Origin: the human T2T-CHM13v2.0 reference genome, Homo sapiens
DNA: 64,000 nt
Reading direction: 5' to 3' (one strand)
Assembly: GCF_009914755.1 (NCBI RefSeq)
Contig: NC_060936.1
How positions within the stretch are numbered: position 1 is the stretch's first letter; each line of letters begins with the position of its first letter. The position numbers and the translations under genes were made by a program. Of this stretch, positions 39,489 to 52,310 are shown piece after piece. Under the pieces are notes generated by a model, which worked only from the letters and a program-made list of their open reading frames with translations, ran no database searches and was not told the DNA's origin.

Positions 39489-40852
39489 CTCTTTTCTTTG
39501 TGGTACTTAAACATTAATTTACAAAGTACATAATGGAAAATAATTGTAGCACCCTCAAGAATAATTTGATGAAAAGTTGCAGATAATGAGATAGATAGCT
39601 TTTCTCTCTTAAATTATTACTTCAAATTAGATCAGCAGTAACCTGCAGGCAATTCGGATCTTTGTGAAATGAGTCTTCCATCTAATATCCCTTCAGGGCT
39701 TTGGTTTTCTAGCAAAGTTAATGTTTCTTTTTATTTCCTTCAGAAAGAAAAAATGAGAATGAATAATGCTATTGGTTGAATTTTATGAATATCTTTATAT
39801 TACTTTTTTAAAGTATTTGAGCCTTATTGTCAAGTATTCTTGGAGATTTGAATTTAAAGCAGACTATTTTAGGAGTACATCCTTAGAATTTCACCATTTC
39901 AAGCTCAGTTTTTTCAAGGGATTTGCTAGGCTGGCGTAGCTAAGGCCTGTTATGACCCCTTGTTCTTGTCTAATTGCTGTATATTTTATGTTTTCCTAAA
40001 ACCACAGGGGTTTTGTCAGACTTTTGTTTGCTTTGGCTTATATATATGTAGCCTTGTCTCCTTCTATGCTTACCCAATGCTAGGACCCTATACGTAAATC
40101 CTTTTCCTACTTTTGGGATGTTTCATAATTCTGGTAATATTGACATAGATCAATTTTGTTGACCTTTTTTCTAGGTCCCTTCTGGGTAATCGGAATGTTT
40201 GGAAAATATTTATTAACATTACTGGCGACATCTGTATTTTTAACGTTAGCTTGATTTAGGAATTATAGACATTCAAGTTACGGCTGAACCTATGACCATG
40301 CAATCCAAACCCAAGAAACAAAAAATTATGTAATTAAGATTCAAAGAAATATGATGTAGTTCCTGATCTCAAGCAGTTTGTGAACTACTCAGAGGAAATG
40401 CAACAAATGCATGTGCACATACATAAGAAAAGAAAACATGAGTTGAATAACAACACAAAATTAAAAGATTATTAGAATTAATACAATATTGTTCCAGGTT
40501 AATTGCCAAATGAGGAATATAGGTATTAGACCCATAGATCAGGCATCTGACTATTTCTATGAATCAAGGCCAGGGTCTCTGAAAGTTAACAAGGTCTGCC
40601 CAAGTTCTCAGTAAGATTTACTAATGGATTGACTGAGATTGACTAATGTGTGAACTATGGGAAAGGCATACAACTTGGCCACTTTTATGCTCCTTTGTGG
40701 AGTAACATGATCTGCCCTAGGAAAAGGAGTGCTTTGGTGAGAGGATTCAAAATCCAGAATTAGTCATGATTAAATCACATTGTCGATTTTTTTTCTATAT
40801 ATGGTTTTTGAGTAATTTTAAAAGATCTGTCATTGTTGTCCTTGGTGATTAC

Positions 40853-40985
40853 ACATTCAGCAAATATTCTTTGAGTACCTGTTATATATTGGTCAGCATG
40901 CCTAGTTTACAGGTATAATAGTGAACAAGATGGACATAATACTTGCTTTTATTAAGTATAAAGCCTGGGAAAAATTAGACATTAA
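40853..40985 (-). mobile_element. L2 3' fragment
   Basis: cattcagcaaatattctttgagtacctg...gtgaacaagatggac. Confidence 0.65.
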
Positions 40986-41084
40986 GTGGTAACACTGAAT
41001 CTAAATAATTTTTATAAATATGTAAAATTCCAATTCAGTAATTCAGCAAATATTTACTAAGCACCTGCTCTGAGTCTGTGGTTA

Positions 41085-41874
41085 TGTTACCGGCTGCAGG
41101 GCCTATGTGACTTAGCTGGACCTCTACCCCGCTTTTGTTGCCCAAGGCAATGTCTACATGACATAGCTGAATTCCTATTACCGGCTGCAGGGCCTATGTG
41201 ACTTAGCTGGACCCCTACCCCGCTTTTGTTGCCCAAGGCAATGTCTACATGACATAGCTGAATTCCTATTACCGGCTGCAGGGCCTATGTGACTTAGCTG
41301 GACCCCTACCCTGCTTTTGTTGCCCAAGGCAATGTCTACATGACACAGCTGAATTCCTACTCAGCCTTAACTTTGTTAGGAAACAGCATGTCTGTGATCA
41401 AAAGTTTATTCTTAGAACTAAACCAGTTGAAACTTGCGAAATCCATGTTGGCAGTTTGCTTGACCTCTGATGAATCTCTAGCTTCATTGTAATCCAATTT
41501 TCATGACAAATGACTCACCCCTGGATGCCTTGACAGTTGATAATCACCATGACAATGACCAGAAGAAATGAAAAAATGACAGAAAAGAGGCGACTCCTAG
41601 GAAATCTCCATTCCTTACCAAGAAAAGCATAAATATTCCCCTGCTTGCTTTTAATGCCCAGCCCCTTCACTGAAGATACCCTATATCTGTAACTCCCTGG
41701 TTCTCTCTCAGGAGGTGATAAGTTGATTTGAGAGCCACACTCCCACTTCTGCATTTTATGGCCATCAGATAAAGCCTGTACTGTCTAATGCTCACTTTCA
41801 GTTTCGTATACTTGCTTGTGACACTGAACAGGAAAAGGCCCATTTTGGGGGGTAACTGGGACCCCCTGGTAACA
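41085..41874 (+). mobile_element. ERV1 (MER4-group; LOR1/LTR29/MER49-like) solo LTR
   Basis: Inverted termini TGTTACC...GGTAACA; perfect 4-bp TSD gtta at 41081-41084 and 41875-41878. Confidence 0.85.
41087..41359 (+). repeat. 3 x 91-bp tandem repeat
   Basis: Units start at 41087, 41178 and 41269; only 3 variable positions. Confidence 0.97.
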
Positions 41875-44569
41875 GTTAGAGTACATCAGAAATTTACCAA
41901 AAAAAAAAAAAAGACAAAGATCATTCTCTTCATGAAGCTTATATTTCTATTATGGGAAGGAAGTTAGAAAATTAAAAAAAGAAGTACTATCTGCTGGAAG
42001 CTGGGAATGCTATAGTGCAGCAGGTGTGTGTGTGTGGCACTAAAGTAGGGTGAAAGGAATGGACAATGAGCAGGAGTGGTGGACTGGTGGGGGTGGACCA
42101 CTCTCTTAAATAGGGGCATGGTACAGCTTATTGAGAAAGTGACATTTGAGAAACAGGTGAGGAGTTAGCTATGTGGATATATAGCGGAAGAGTAATCAAG
42201 CAGAGCGAACAAACGGTGCAGAAGCCATATGGTGGAAATTTGCTTAAGTATTTGAGAACAGCATTGTGGCTGGAGTAGAATAAACGAGGGGAAATTGGTT
42301 AGAGATAATGTCAAGAGAGGAGTAGTTCAGGCAGATGATGTAGATCCTAGTAGGCCATTGTGTGAAGAGGCATTGGAGAGTTTTGAGTAAAACAGAGACA
42401 AGATTTGAGTGTTGTAATCTGACATACATGGTGAAAGGACCAATCTGTCTGCTAAGCTCTGGCTTCACTTAGTGGGGTTGGGCTTATAAAAACAAGTTCT
42501 ATTAGGAAACTATTGAAATCATTCATATAAGAAATGACAGTGGGTTGGAGCAGAGCAGTAATAGTGGAAACAATGGAAAACAATTAGACTCTGAATATAT
42601 TTTAAATAGAAAACAAACAGGATTTTCTAACAGATTGGATATAGAGCATAAGAAAAAGAAGACTCAATTTTGTTTTGTCCTGAATAAATGGAAAGATGAA
42701 GTGACCATCAATAGTGATGGAAAAGGCTGTATGAGACACCTCAGGGGACAGAGGCATGGGCATCAGAGGCTCAGTTTGGATTTTTCTGAGTTTGAGATGT
42801 ATTTAGACACCCAAGTAGAGATTCCAGTAGGCAGTTAAATAAAAAAATCTCTATTGTTGGGGAGCATTTTCGACTGGAGATTCACAATAGATGGCACTTA
42901 AACCCATGAGCCTGAAGGAGGCCACACAGAGAGTGAGCATAAAGAAGAGAAGAAAAGCAAAGACAGAGCTCTGGCCTACTCCAACCTCATAAAGTCAGGG
43001 AGAGGAGGATGAAACACCAAAGGAAATGGGTAAGGAACAATGTGTGAAGCAGCAGGAGAGCCAAGTGAGTGATAACTAATGACACCGTACTATAAAATGA
43101 ACCTGCAGATAAGGTAGCCCTTTACATGGAACACATTTGGAAGTGTGAAAATTTCTGTAGTTCCTCTTTTTCATATGCCACCTCACGCCAGCCATGTTCA
43201 TTTTTGCCTTCATTAATGGGTCCTCCTTGCAAAGGATCCACACAGAGAACCCCTGCTTCCTCTCCACCACAGAATAATGGCAGGAAGCAGACCTAGCTAC
43301 ATGGGGCTTCATTCTTTTCCATCAGCTTCCTAGAAGCCTGTGGATTAATGTTAGAATCTGCTACTCCTTCGACCATAGAACACTAAACTTTGCAAAGGCT
43401 TTGATTAATTTGAATTTGATGGCCTTAGGGTGCTTTTATATTAAAGCTCTGAAAATGTTCAGAAATTTTGAAACAACCATGATCACATTTACAATTTATT
43501 TTTGACACTTTTAAGGTTTTTCAATTTGATTTTTTTTCCTCAGAAGACAGGGCAAACTTTGTAATGATGATTAACAAGAACTCTGTGACACTTACATGGA
43601 CCTGGAAAAGGGCAGAACACGCCCCTTTCCCCAAAGCACAGAAACAATCAGAACAGGTGAAAGCTGAAGAGTTCATGGGTTTGTAACCAAGTGGACCTAT
43701 TCTTCTTCATTTATTGAAAAGGGCAGGACAAACACATAGGCATGTGCATTGGAGTAAAGAATGAAGTGGAGTGTGGCCAAGATAGCCAGGTGTTTCTGCC
43801 CTGCAATGTTTTCCTGCTTTTCATTTTCCTTGCTCTCTTTGAAAGATCTTATTAAATACAATGATCTCATTCTTTCAAAGGGAGTGGGGCCTTTCCCATC
43901 CACTTTTTTCTAAGAGGAACCTGAGTTGTAAATGAAATAAAATCATGTGATCTTGCTGTCATAAATATTCATCTTGGGTAAGTGACTATTTTTAATAATC
44001 AAATTCTTTGTTATCCAGAGAAGTTGAGGGTGACTGTACTTTTCCTAACCCACCTGTAAAACTACCTAAGGAATATATATAAATATCTGTATATATCTCT
44101 CTCTATATATACTTACTCCTGACTGTAATCATTCTTATTTATTACTATTTAATTTATATGGAACTCTCATAAGCTATCTCATAAACTCACAAATCATCAT
44201 TCAATAAATCTGACAAATATCAAGTCATGTACTACACACAACTGACAAATGATTAGTATCAAAATATATTTTTTAAATGTGCAGATCTATAAGGACTACA
44301 AAGGAAGCATAAGTATTTACTACCTTGCTTTTCTAGCTAAGTCAGGGATAATAGCTAGCTAGTGCTTTCCACACTCAGAAGCAATTGTGTCAATAATAAT
44401 TTTCATCCCATTCTCTGGCCTCTGTTGTCAATTATAATTTAAATCAAGGCAGAACTAAAGATATTTGCAGTTATTTCCATAAGCATATCTTACATGCTTT
44501 TGGCTAGTACAGTTAGGTGGATTTCTGGAGAAATACTAGGTTTATAGCCGAAAAACCATGAGGCAAATC

Positions 44570-45505
44570 TTAGACATGTTACGTTTGATTTATTGTTGTA
44601 ATATTCAGTTAGGAAGGTGAAGTCAGTAGTTAAGTAAATTGATCTGGAGCTTATAGAAGAAGCTTGGCTAGGTGAGAAAGATATATTTGAGGGTGATCTT
44701 TCTAAGGGTGGGAACTGAATCCATTAAATTAAATTAAATCATCTTAGAAAGAGTAATGAATGAGAAAAGAAAAGGACTAAGGACCTAATCATGAGAAGCT
44801 AAAACATTTAAAGATCAGGGAAAAAGAAAATGAACATGCTAGAGACTCAGAATAAGAGGTCAGGGTGCTGGGGGAAGAACTGGGTGTTTTATGTTTTTGA
44901 AGCCGAAAGGTATGCTTCTTAAAAATCCAGTAAGATTAAGACTACAGGCACTGAATCAATTCAACTTTTTATTGAGCACCTACTATGTGTCAATCACTTA
45001 TCTAGGTGATAAGATAAAATGATGATCCCAAACTGACACTGTTTCTCTCAAGAAGCTTTTAACATAGTGGGGCAGTCAGCCCTATAAGCAAATTGTCATG
45101 CTAATAAATATGCCGTTATAAACTGAGGGACATGCTCTGAAATATATAAACATATAACACAAGAAGCTGCTTTAGACTGTAGGGACAGAGAAGAATTCCC
45201 TGCTGAATCAATTTTTGAGCTGAGGTTTAAGAATAAATAGAGGGCAAATAGGTGAAGGTGAAGGGTAAAGGAAGGAGCATTCCAGGTAGAAGAAACTGTA
45301 CAGGTAAAGACCATTGTGCCAAGAAGCAATGTGAAGATATTTAAAGGGTTTAAAAGGCCAGAATGGCAGAAGGATAGAGAGCAAGGTGGAAAGTCAAGGA
45401 CGGTTGGCCTTCAGAGATAGTTATGGGCCAGATGTGAGGGCTTCCTTGGCCATGTTAGAGGTTCTGGCCTTTATTTAAAGAGTAATGTGAGACCGTGTAT
45501 GCTCT
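44570..45505 (-). mobile_element. L2 fragments
   Basis: ttcaactttttattgagcacctactatgtg; ttttgagctgagg; ccttggccatgttagagg. Confidence 0.7.
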
Positions 45506-45574
45506 CTAAACCAGCAGCTGTCAGCAAAAGAACCTGAAAAATAGAGGCTAGTATTATAGGAGAGAAAACATACT

Positions 45575-45575
45575 C

Positions 45576-45609
<34 letters not shown>
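45575..45609. repeat. (CA)n microsatellite
   Basis: CA run interrupted once by aa. Confidence 0.95.
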
Positions 45610-46499
45610 GAGTATGGTGAATAAAAATCAAAAGGAGGGAGTGTAGGAATGAAGACAGCAATCAACAATATCAAATGGAAATGCCCTGGAAGTCATCTGT
45701 GGATTTGGAGACATGAGATTATTGCCCTTCTTCACAGAGCCACATCAGTGGTGTCATCCAGGAGAACAGAGAAGGAAATGGGAGGGTGGGGGAAGTGTTA
45801 CCAGTTATTGTCTAGGTTTTGAGTAAAGAAAACTGTTTCTAGTTACTGAATCTATATAGAGTAATAAAACCTATATATATATTAATATTACCCTCCCCCA
45901 AGTAATCTACTATCTGAAAAGCATTAGTGAGCAAATTGAAGTGTAAGGAAAATTCTACATGGATTGCTGAAATGCAAGATTTTCATCTCATATTGTATGG
46001 AAAACAACTTAGAAAATCCTCCTTGAACCTTTCACCTGTCCCTCTTCAGTCTGCTTCCTTCCAAGATCTTTCTTTTCTTTTCTTTTTTCCCTACACAAAA
46101 CACTAAACCTGGCTACCTCTTGTACCCTTCAAATCAGCCCCAGCCTCCAGCCCCATAGCAATACTCTGCAAATGAGAAAGTTTTCCTGTCGATCCAGCCA
46201 CCTTAGATGACATTTTTATGATCATCTTCTATTGCTGATTATGATTTTAGGCTTCTAATTTCAGAAAAAAGCAGAATAACCTCTAAATAAGGATTACATA
46301 AATTTAATTTTCCATTTCACTTCTAATAAACATACATTCAGTTTGTGTAATGTAGCTCTTTGTTAACAGCCAGAATCATTCCTCTTCTGTCTATTTGATT
46401 TGATACATTGCTCTGCTTCTCAGTTATAGAATCATTTCCAAAATAAGACAAAGTGCTCTATAAATCTGGGTTCCAATAAATTCCACAAACAACCCTAAT

Positions 46500-47565
46500 C
46501 ATCAAACAAAATTTATTTCCACAAACATTTATGGAACACTACTATGTGGAGGGATTGAGTCAGGAATGGGAATACAAAATGATTAAAAGCATGAACCCTG
46601 CCCTGGGGGAAGTTGTACATAATACAACAAGAGATAAATTATAGTTCAGAGTGGTAAATGCCACATTCATGTTTCAAAGCTTCTATGAGCCTTTTATCCT
46701 ATGTTGGATTTGTGGAGGGGCTTAGTATGGCAAGGCTCTGATTTTGTAGAACTTGGTATTTTACTAAAAGATTACTACTATTCAATGAGTTTTTATGCTT
46801 GTGGAGGAAAAACATGGTTAATTACTCAGGATGCCTTGATTTTCCTAAATTAAGTTTGATGGGATTATAAACACACATACAGTGAATCCAAAACAACAAT
46901 TTTTGATCAATAATGGGATCCTGGGTAAAAATAGAAGATTTTTACAGTGTTCAAGGTTATGTTTAACTGTCAATCATTTGTTAGGTATGAGGAAAGGGCA
47001 GTGAGGAAAACAGCTACCTACTCTTATAAAACATAGTCTAATGAGAGAGACAAATAGCAAAAAAAATCAAGTTTGAATAGTGATAAGGGTTATGAGGAAC
47101 TAATAGAAAGATGTGATAAGGCATGCTGTAGATGAAGGCGGATGAGACAGTTCAGAGAGTCCTGGATGAATAAGTGACATGTTAACAGATGTGAGTGACA
47201 AGAAGGAACAAGCCACATGAAGATATAAGTGAAGCCCATTCCAAGAAGGGAGAACAGCAAATGTAAAGACTCCAAATCAGAAATAGTTTGATGCTCTGGA
47301 GAAACAAAGTGAAGGCCAGCCTATCCAAAGTGTAGGAAGTGAGGCAGGGAGTGGTATGAGTTGGGGATCAGAGAGGTAGGGAGAAAATAAGTCATACAGA
47401 GTTTCTTGGGCCTTGGTAAGAATTTGGGTTATGTGTAGGCCCAGTGGGAAACCATTAGAGGATTTTAAACAGGGCTGAGACAAGAAAGGTTTCATTTGTT
47501 ATAAATGATTACACAGGCTGTTGTGAGGTAAATGGACTGTAGTGGTGCAAATGTAGAAACAGGAG
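46500..47565 (-). mobile_element. L2 fragments
   Basis: acaaacatttatggaacactactatgtg; gaagggagaacagcaaatgtaaagac; gggaaaccattagaggattttaaacaggg. Confidence 0.7.
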
Positions 47566-47770
47566 CAGTGATAATGCTGGTGATGTTTTAAAACACTCTT
47601 TCTGGAGGGGAGAAAGATCACTGGTTTGATTACAGATTTCCGTGGTGTTAATATGTCAAATCATGGCCAATTTCAAACTACCAATGTGACATATATTGGC
47701 TTGGCAAACTCTTGAAAATTTAATAATTTGTTTTCATGAGTTGATATGGGCTGCTTACAGCACTCTACTG
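47566..47770. mobile_element. MER63-like hAT transposon
   Basis: Termini cagtg...cagcactctactg; gatttccgtggtgttaatat...catggccaatttcaaactaccaatgtgac. Confidence 0.75.
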
Positions 47771-47968
47771 ATAAGGGAGCTAGTGCAGTAGTCCAATGAG
47801 GAGGTTTATGGAGGGTGGTCATACTAAAAAATAGAGGGATGTGGACAGATACTAGATACATTTTGGAGGTAAAACCCACAGGAATCATTATTGGACTGAA
47901 TTGGTGGGGGTTGATTGGAAGAAAAAGAAAACAATAAATTTGACCTGAGCAACTATGTATGAATGTTT

Positions 47969-48447
47969 TGAAGTAGGAGGTGGACTCGACTCCAGAAGTG
48001 GGGCTCAGACATGGGACCAAATTGAGGACTAGCTAAAACAGGGATGGAGCGGAAGCAGCTTTCCATAAGGCATGACCACCAGTGGGACATGTTAGCTTAC
48101 CATCGCGTGGCAATACTTGGGAGGTACTGCCCCTTTCCATTGCAATGACGTGATGACCCCAAAGTTATTACCCTTTCCCTAGAAATTCCTGCATAAACCA
48201 TCCCTTAATCTGTAGGCAATTAGAAGTAGGTATAGATATGACTGCAGAACTGCCCTGAGCTGCTACTCTCAGCACACTGCCTAGGTAACCCTGCTCTGCA
48301 GGAGCAGTCGCAAAGCTGTAACACTGCAGCTTCAATACAGCTGTTTTCTTCTACACTGCTATGGGCTAACCCTTGAATTCTTTCGTGAATGATGCCATGA
48401 ACCCTTGAGGGCTAAGTGCCAGTTTGGGGCTCACATGTCCTGCATCA
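47969..48447 (+). mobile_element. MER66-like ERV1 solo LTR
   Basis: tgaagtaggaggtggactcgactcc...accaaattgaggactagctaaaacaggg...cctgcatca; TSD gttt / gttc. Confidence 0.8.
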
Positions 48448-49439
48448 GTTCTATTCCTGAAATCCATCAGTTCTATTCCTACTGAGAGAGGGAGTAGGTT
48501 TTGGGAGAAGTTACTTCCAGGATGAAGTTTGACTTCAGTCACATAAGGACTGACGTATGAGACAAAATCAAGATGTCAAATAAGGTAATTAGAGCTAAGA
48601 ATCTAGAGCCCACAGGAGAGGTCAGGGATAGAGATATAAATTTGAAAGTAAACAGCAGAAAATCTTTTAAAAATGAATCTTCACTCTTTTCAGAACAAAT
48701 AAGGAAGCCAAGTTTTTACCTCCAATCAGTTTGTCACAGATGCAAATCTCAAAATGCAAACTTAGGTATGCAATATCATAACTCTCTTTATTTTCCTAAT
48801 GCCATTGCATTTTTAACAATTAGCTGCCTTCCTGCAAGGTGGCAGAAGTGTAATCTCATTTAATTCAGAGACCCTGTTTTGCATGGAGTTGCAGCTCATT
48901 TTCTAGGGTCTTATATAACCAAGCTGTCATGGGTGAGAAGCATTCAGATTTTGGTGTTGTAATCCATGGTGGCATCCAATAATATTTCTTAATTTCTGTG
49001 CTTTTTAAAATTTTTTTGTCCACTTAGTTTATTGTTGCATTGTTCATCATTTTTGCTATTACAGTCTGTTAAATTTTCTGAGTTTCCCTCAGATTCTTAA
49101 CTTGTGTACAGATGACTCTGCTGGTTCCTGCCACGCTTTGACCCAAAAATCTGTGGAACTGTCTCAAGTCCTTCGTCATTTGAGTGACATTCCAGGGGCA
49201 CACGAGTCACTGTACTTTCCTGTAGGAACCTCTCGGACCCTTCCTAAATGTATTTTACCTAAACACACTATCCAGACATTTTTACTCTGGAGTGTTGAAG
49301 CCTCCCTTGAATCTACTCAGGAAGTGAGGGATAAGACTCTATTCTCCAAGTCCACAAACTTCCCAAGAATTTCTGTTGCTATCCACTCCTAGGGCTTGAT
49401 GAGATCTCAATTTCCAGGGATTTACACAATTTCTTCCCC

Positions 49440-50315
49440 ATTAGTTGCAAGTTGGTACCTATGAGTCAGATCAGGCCTAAAGCCATGTTTTATCTGGCCC
49501 TCACAGTGCTGTTTCAAAAGTTGAATGAGTGACATTTACAAACGAGAAAACTTCAGGAGAATTCAAAGTTCTTGCTTCTTTTGCAGTCTTCAGCATTTTG
49601 GAACCAATAGATCTTTGTTTCCATGTGGCAGTAATTGCCTGGACATAAATGGTGTCTTGTCTTTTAATGGGTTGACACTGTCCAGTTATTCATAGTTGCT
49701 TCTGTGAAGGTTGATTATACAAATTGGGTCATTCTTGTCATACCCAGCTAAAATAGAGTAGAGATGCTGCGGTTGGGGAGGAGAAAGGGCTCAGGACACA
49801 TAACATTGCTCCAAAAATGTAATTCTCTGCAAGCCAAGATGCTGAAACTTCTTGTTGTAATCTGAGACCAGTTACGTCTAATAGCTCTGAAACAACCTGC
49901 TGCGACTCTTTAGACTAATTATACCTACTGTCAATTACTCACCAATCAGAGCAGCTCCTCAAGATTTTACTAATACCAATGAACTTTCTTTTAAGACAAC
50001 ATGTAACATTTCTCTTTTTTATAGCCGCCCCCCACAACCTTCTCTTTGTCTTTCAGACGTATAGAAGACCACTGGGTCTGTGTGTAAACCCTGAATTGCA
50101 ATTCTTGCTTTTCAAATAAAACGTTCATTGTAGAGATTTAGCTTTACGTTTTTATTTTGACTTTGACACTTCCATTTGTATTGGCCCCCGAGGCTGAGGA
50201 TATGTGTCATTTGTCATCTGCTGTCACTTTTCTGCTGCTTTTCCCCACACATCTGGTCTGCTTCACTCATCTACCGTAACTGCTTGACCTGTGTAGGCAT
50301 TTGTGTTTGTGATTG
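49440..50315 (+). mobile_element. MER102-like hAT fossil split by an LTR
   Basis: tgttttatctggccctcacagtg...gcttcactcatctac...tgtaggcatttgtgtttgtga. Confidence 0.65.
49703..50168 (+). mobile_element. LTR24-like ERV1 solo LTR
   Basis: tgtgaaggttgattatacaaattgggtcattcttgtcataccc...gactttgaca; perfect 4-bp TSD cttc at 49699-49702 and 50169-50172. Confidence 0.85.
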
Positions 50316-50780
50316 AATTTTACTCTTTTGTTTAGTGTTGACCAGCAGATTAACTGTTACTCATAAGGTATTTTTCATAGTATGTTAATATATGCTTTTT
50401 CATTTGTCCCATAAGTGCCAATTATTTACTTTCATTTTCTCTGCTTTCTGTTATGAAATCTATTTTCTGAGCCAATAATTATTGTTTAAACTAAAATACT
50501 GAATTGAAGGAAGGGTCGGGGGCAGGGGTGAAGGAGGAACTAAAGGGTAAAATGATGGCCTAAGATATCAGTAATGTTACAATGTGTTTATTCTTTTTTC
50601 AGTGATATCAGTTACACTATATATAATCAGTAAACAGCAATCACACCATTTATTTTAACAGTGAATTTCATAGAAGAAGTTCTTAATCAGCTATTAGAGA
50701 ATTGCAAAGGCAAAGATTGGTCACAAAAATATCATGAAGTTAGCAGCTGCAGGAAGTAGTTAATTGCTCCCACGTCTAAG

Positions 50781-51225
<445 letters not shown>

Positions 51226-51859
51226 AGGGGTTGGAAATGTTTGGAATTATTAATATTTAGATTTAGAAGCTTAGAAGAAAATCCTTGAACCCAGACCTCT
51301 GAGGAGGAGGTGCTGTCTATGAGCTCAGAGGAGGGGGTACTATGGGGCTGGGATGAGACGTCTGAGGTGGGTGCCAGCTCTCTGGTGCTGGTATCTCTGA
51401 TTGGGGAGTGGTAATTTTGGTTGCAAGTGTTGGAAAACTGCATACTAAATTCAGAAGTTGTCAATGGAACAAAGAGACACTTCCTAGTGAAAAAGAAGCC
51501 TTGCTGGAGTGACACCGACAATAGCAGAAAGTTCAAACAGAGAAAGGAAAAAGCAATGTCTCGTTCTTTCTCTAGCCTTCTAATGTTCTAAGCAACTCTT
51601 GCCAGAACCTAACATTAAGCCAACTGTCAAAAGAGAAATGTGCCTTGCAGATAGCCAGCAAGCAAAAGCAGGGTAGAGAAAGGTGGGCTTGAAGCTGAGA
51701 AATAATAACTTAATAACTAATAAATTAGCAAATCTTTTGTTCTCACAAACAGCAGCAGAAACAACAAAGCTATACGTGTCATCGCACGCTCCCCATCAAC
51801 TGCTGAGCAAATAGTTCATTTCTTAGGCCCCTAAAGATCAGATACACTTAAATGAATTA

Positions 51860-52310
51860 GTTACAGTAAACATGAAACAGTTAAGCATATCCTTATTATA
51901 TATTAAAGATGATAGAAATTTATTTTTCTTTCATGTAATAGTCTCAGATTGAAAATTTCAGTTTTCTGGGGTCAGGGGTTGCCTTGTTCCAAATGATCAT
52001 CCAAAGATTCAGGTGCCTTTCTCCTTATTGGGCACCATTCTTCCCAGTTGCTTGCTTTCCTGATTAAAGGGGATAATGGGTTAATTTACATTCTAGCTCA
52101 TGGGAAAGGGAAGTGGAAAGAAATTACAGGCAACAATTTTCTAATAAGAAGTGAAGAAGTTTTTCACATGCCACTTAACTCATATGCTATTGGAGAAAAC
52201 TGGCACATGACAAGAACTAGCTGAAAGACAGGTTGAATATATAAACTGGGAAGCTATGTATTCATGAAGAAGGCAAAAAAGGATTTGATGGATAGCTTGC
52301 AGTTTGGTCA
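51860..52310 (-). mobile_element. Very old ERVL/MaLR LTR (LTR33/LTR16/MLT1-like)
   Basis: ccacttaactcatatgctattggagaaaactggcacatgacaagaactagctg. Confidence 0.4.

Larger units (their letters stand above)
41036..43070 (-). mobile_element. L2, interrupted by the LTR at 41085-41874
   Basis: attcagcaaatatttactaagcacctgc...gagaaagtgacatttgag...tgagtttgagatgtatttagacacccaagt. Confidence 0.8.

Noticed and set aside
41087-41359. CRISPR-like regular repeats
   Set aside because: Head-to-tail units with no unique spacers, in a eukaryotic LTR
48443-48480. catcagttctattcct duplicated at the LTR end; similar microduplications near 4921, 7230, 19820, 22220 and 27038
   Set aside because: Ordinary small slippage duplications with no functional signal
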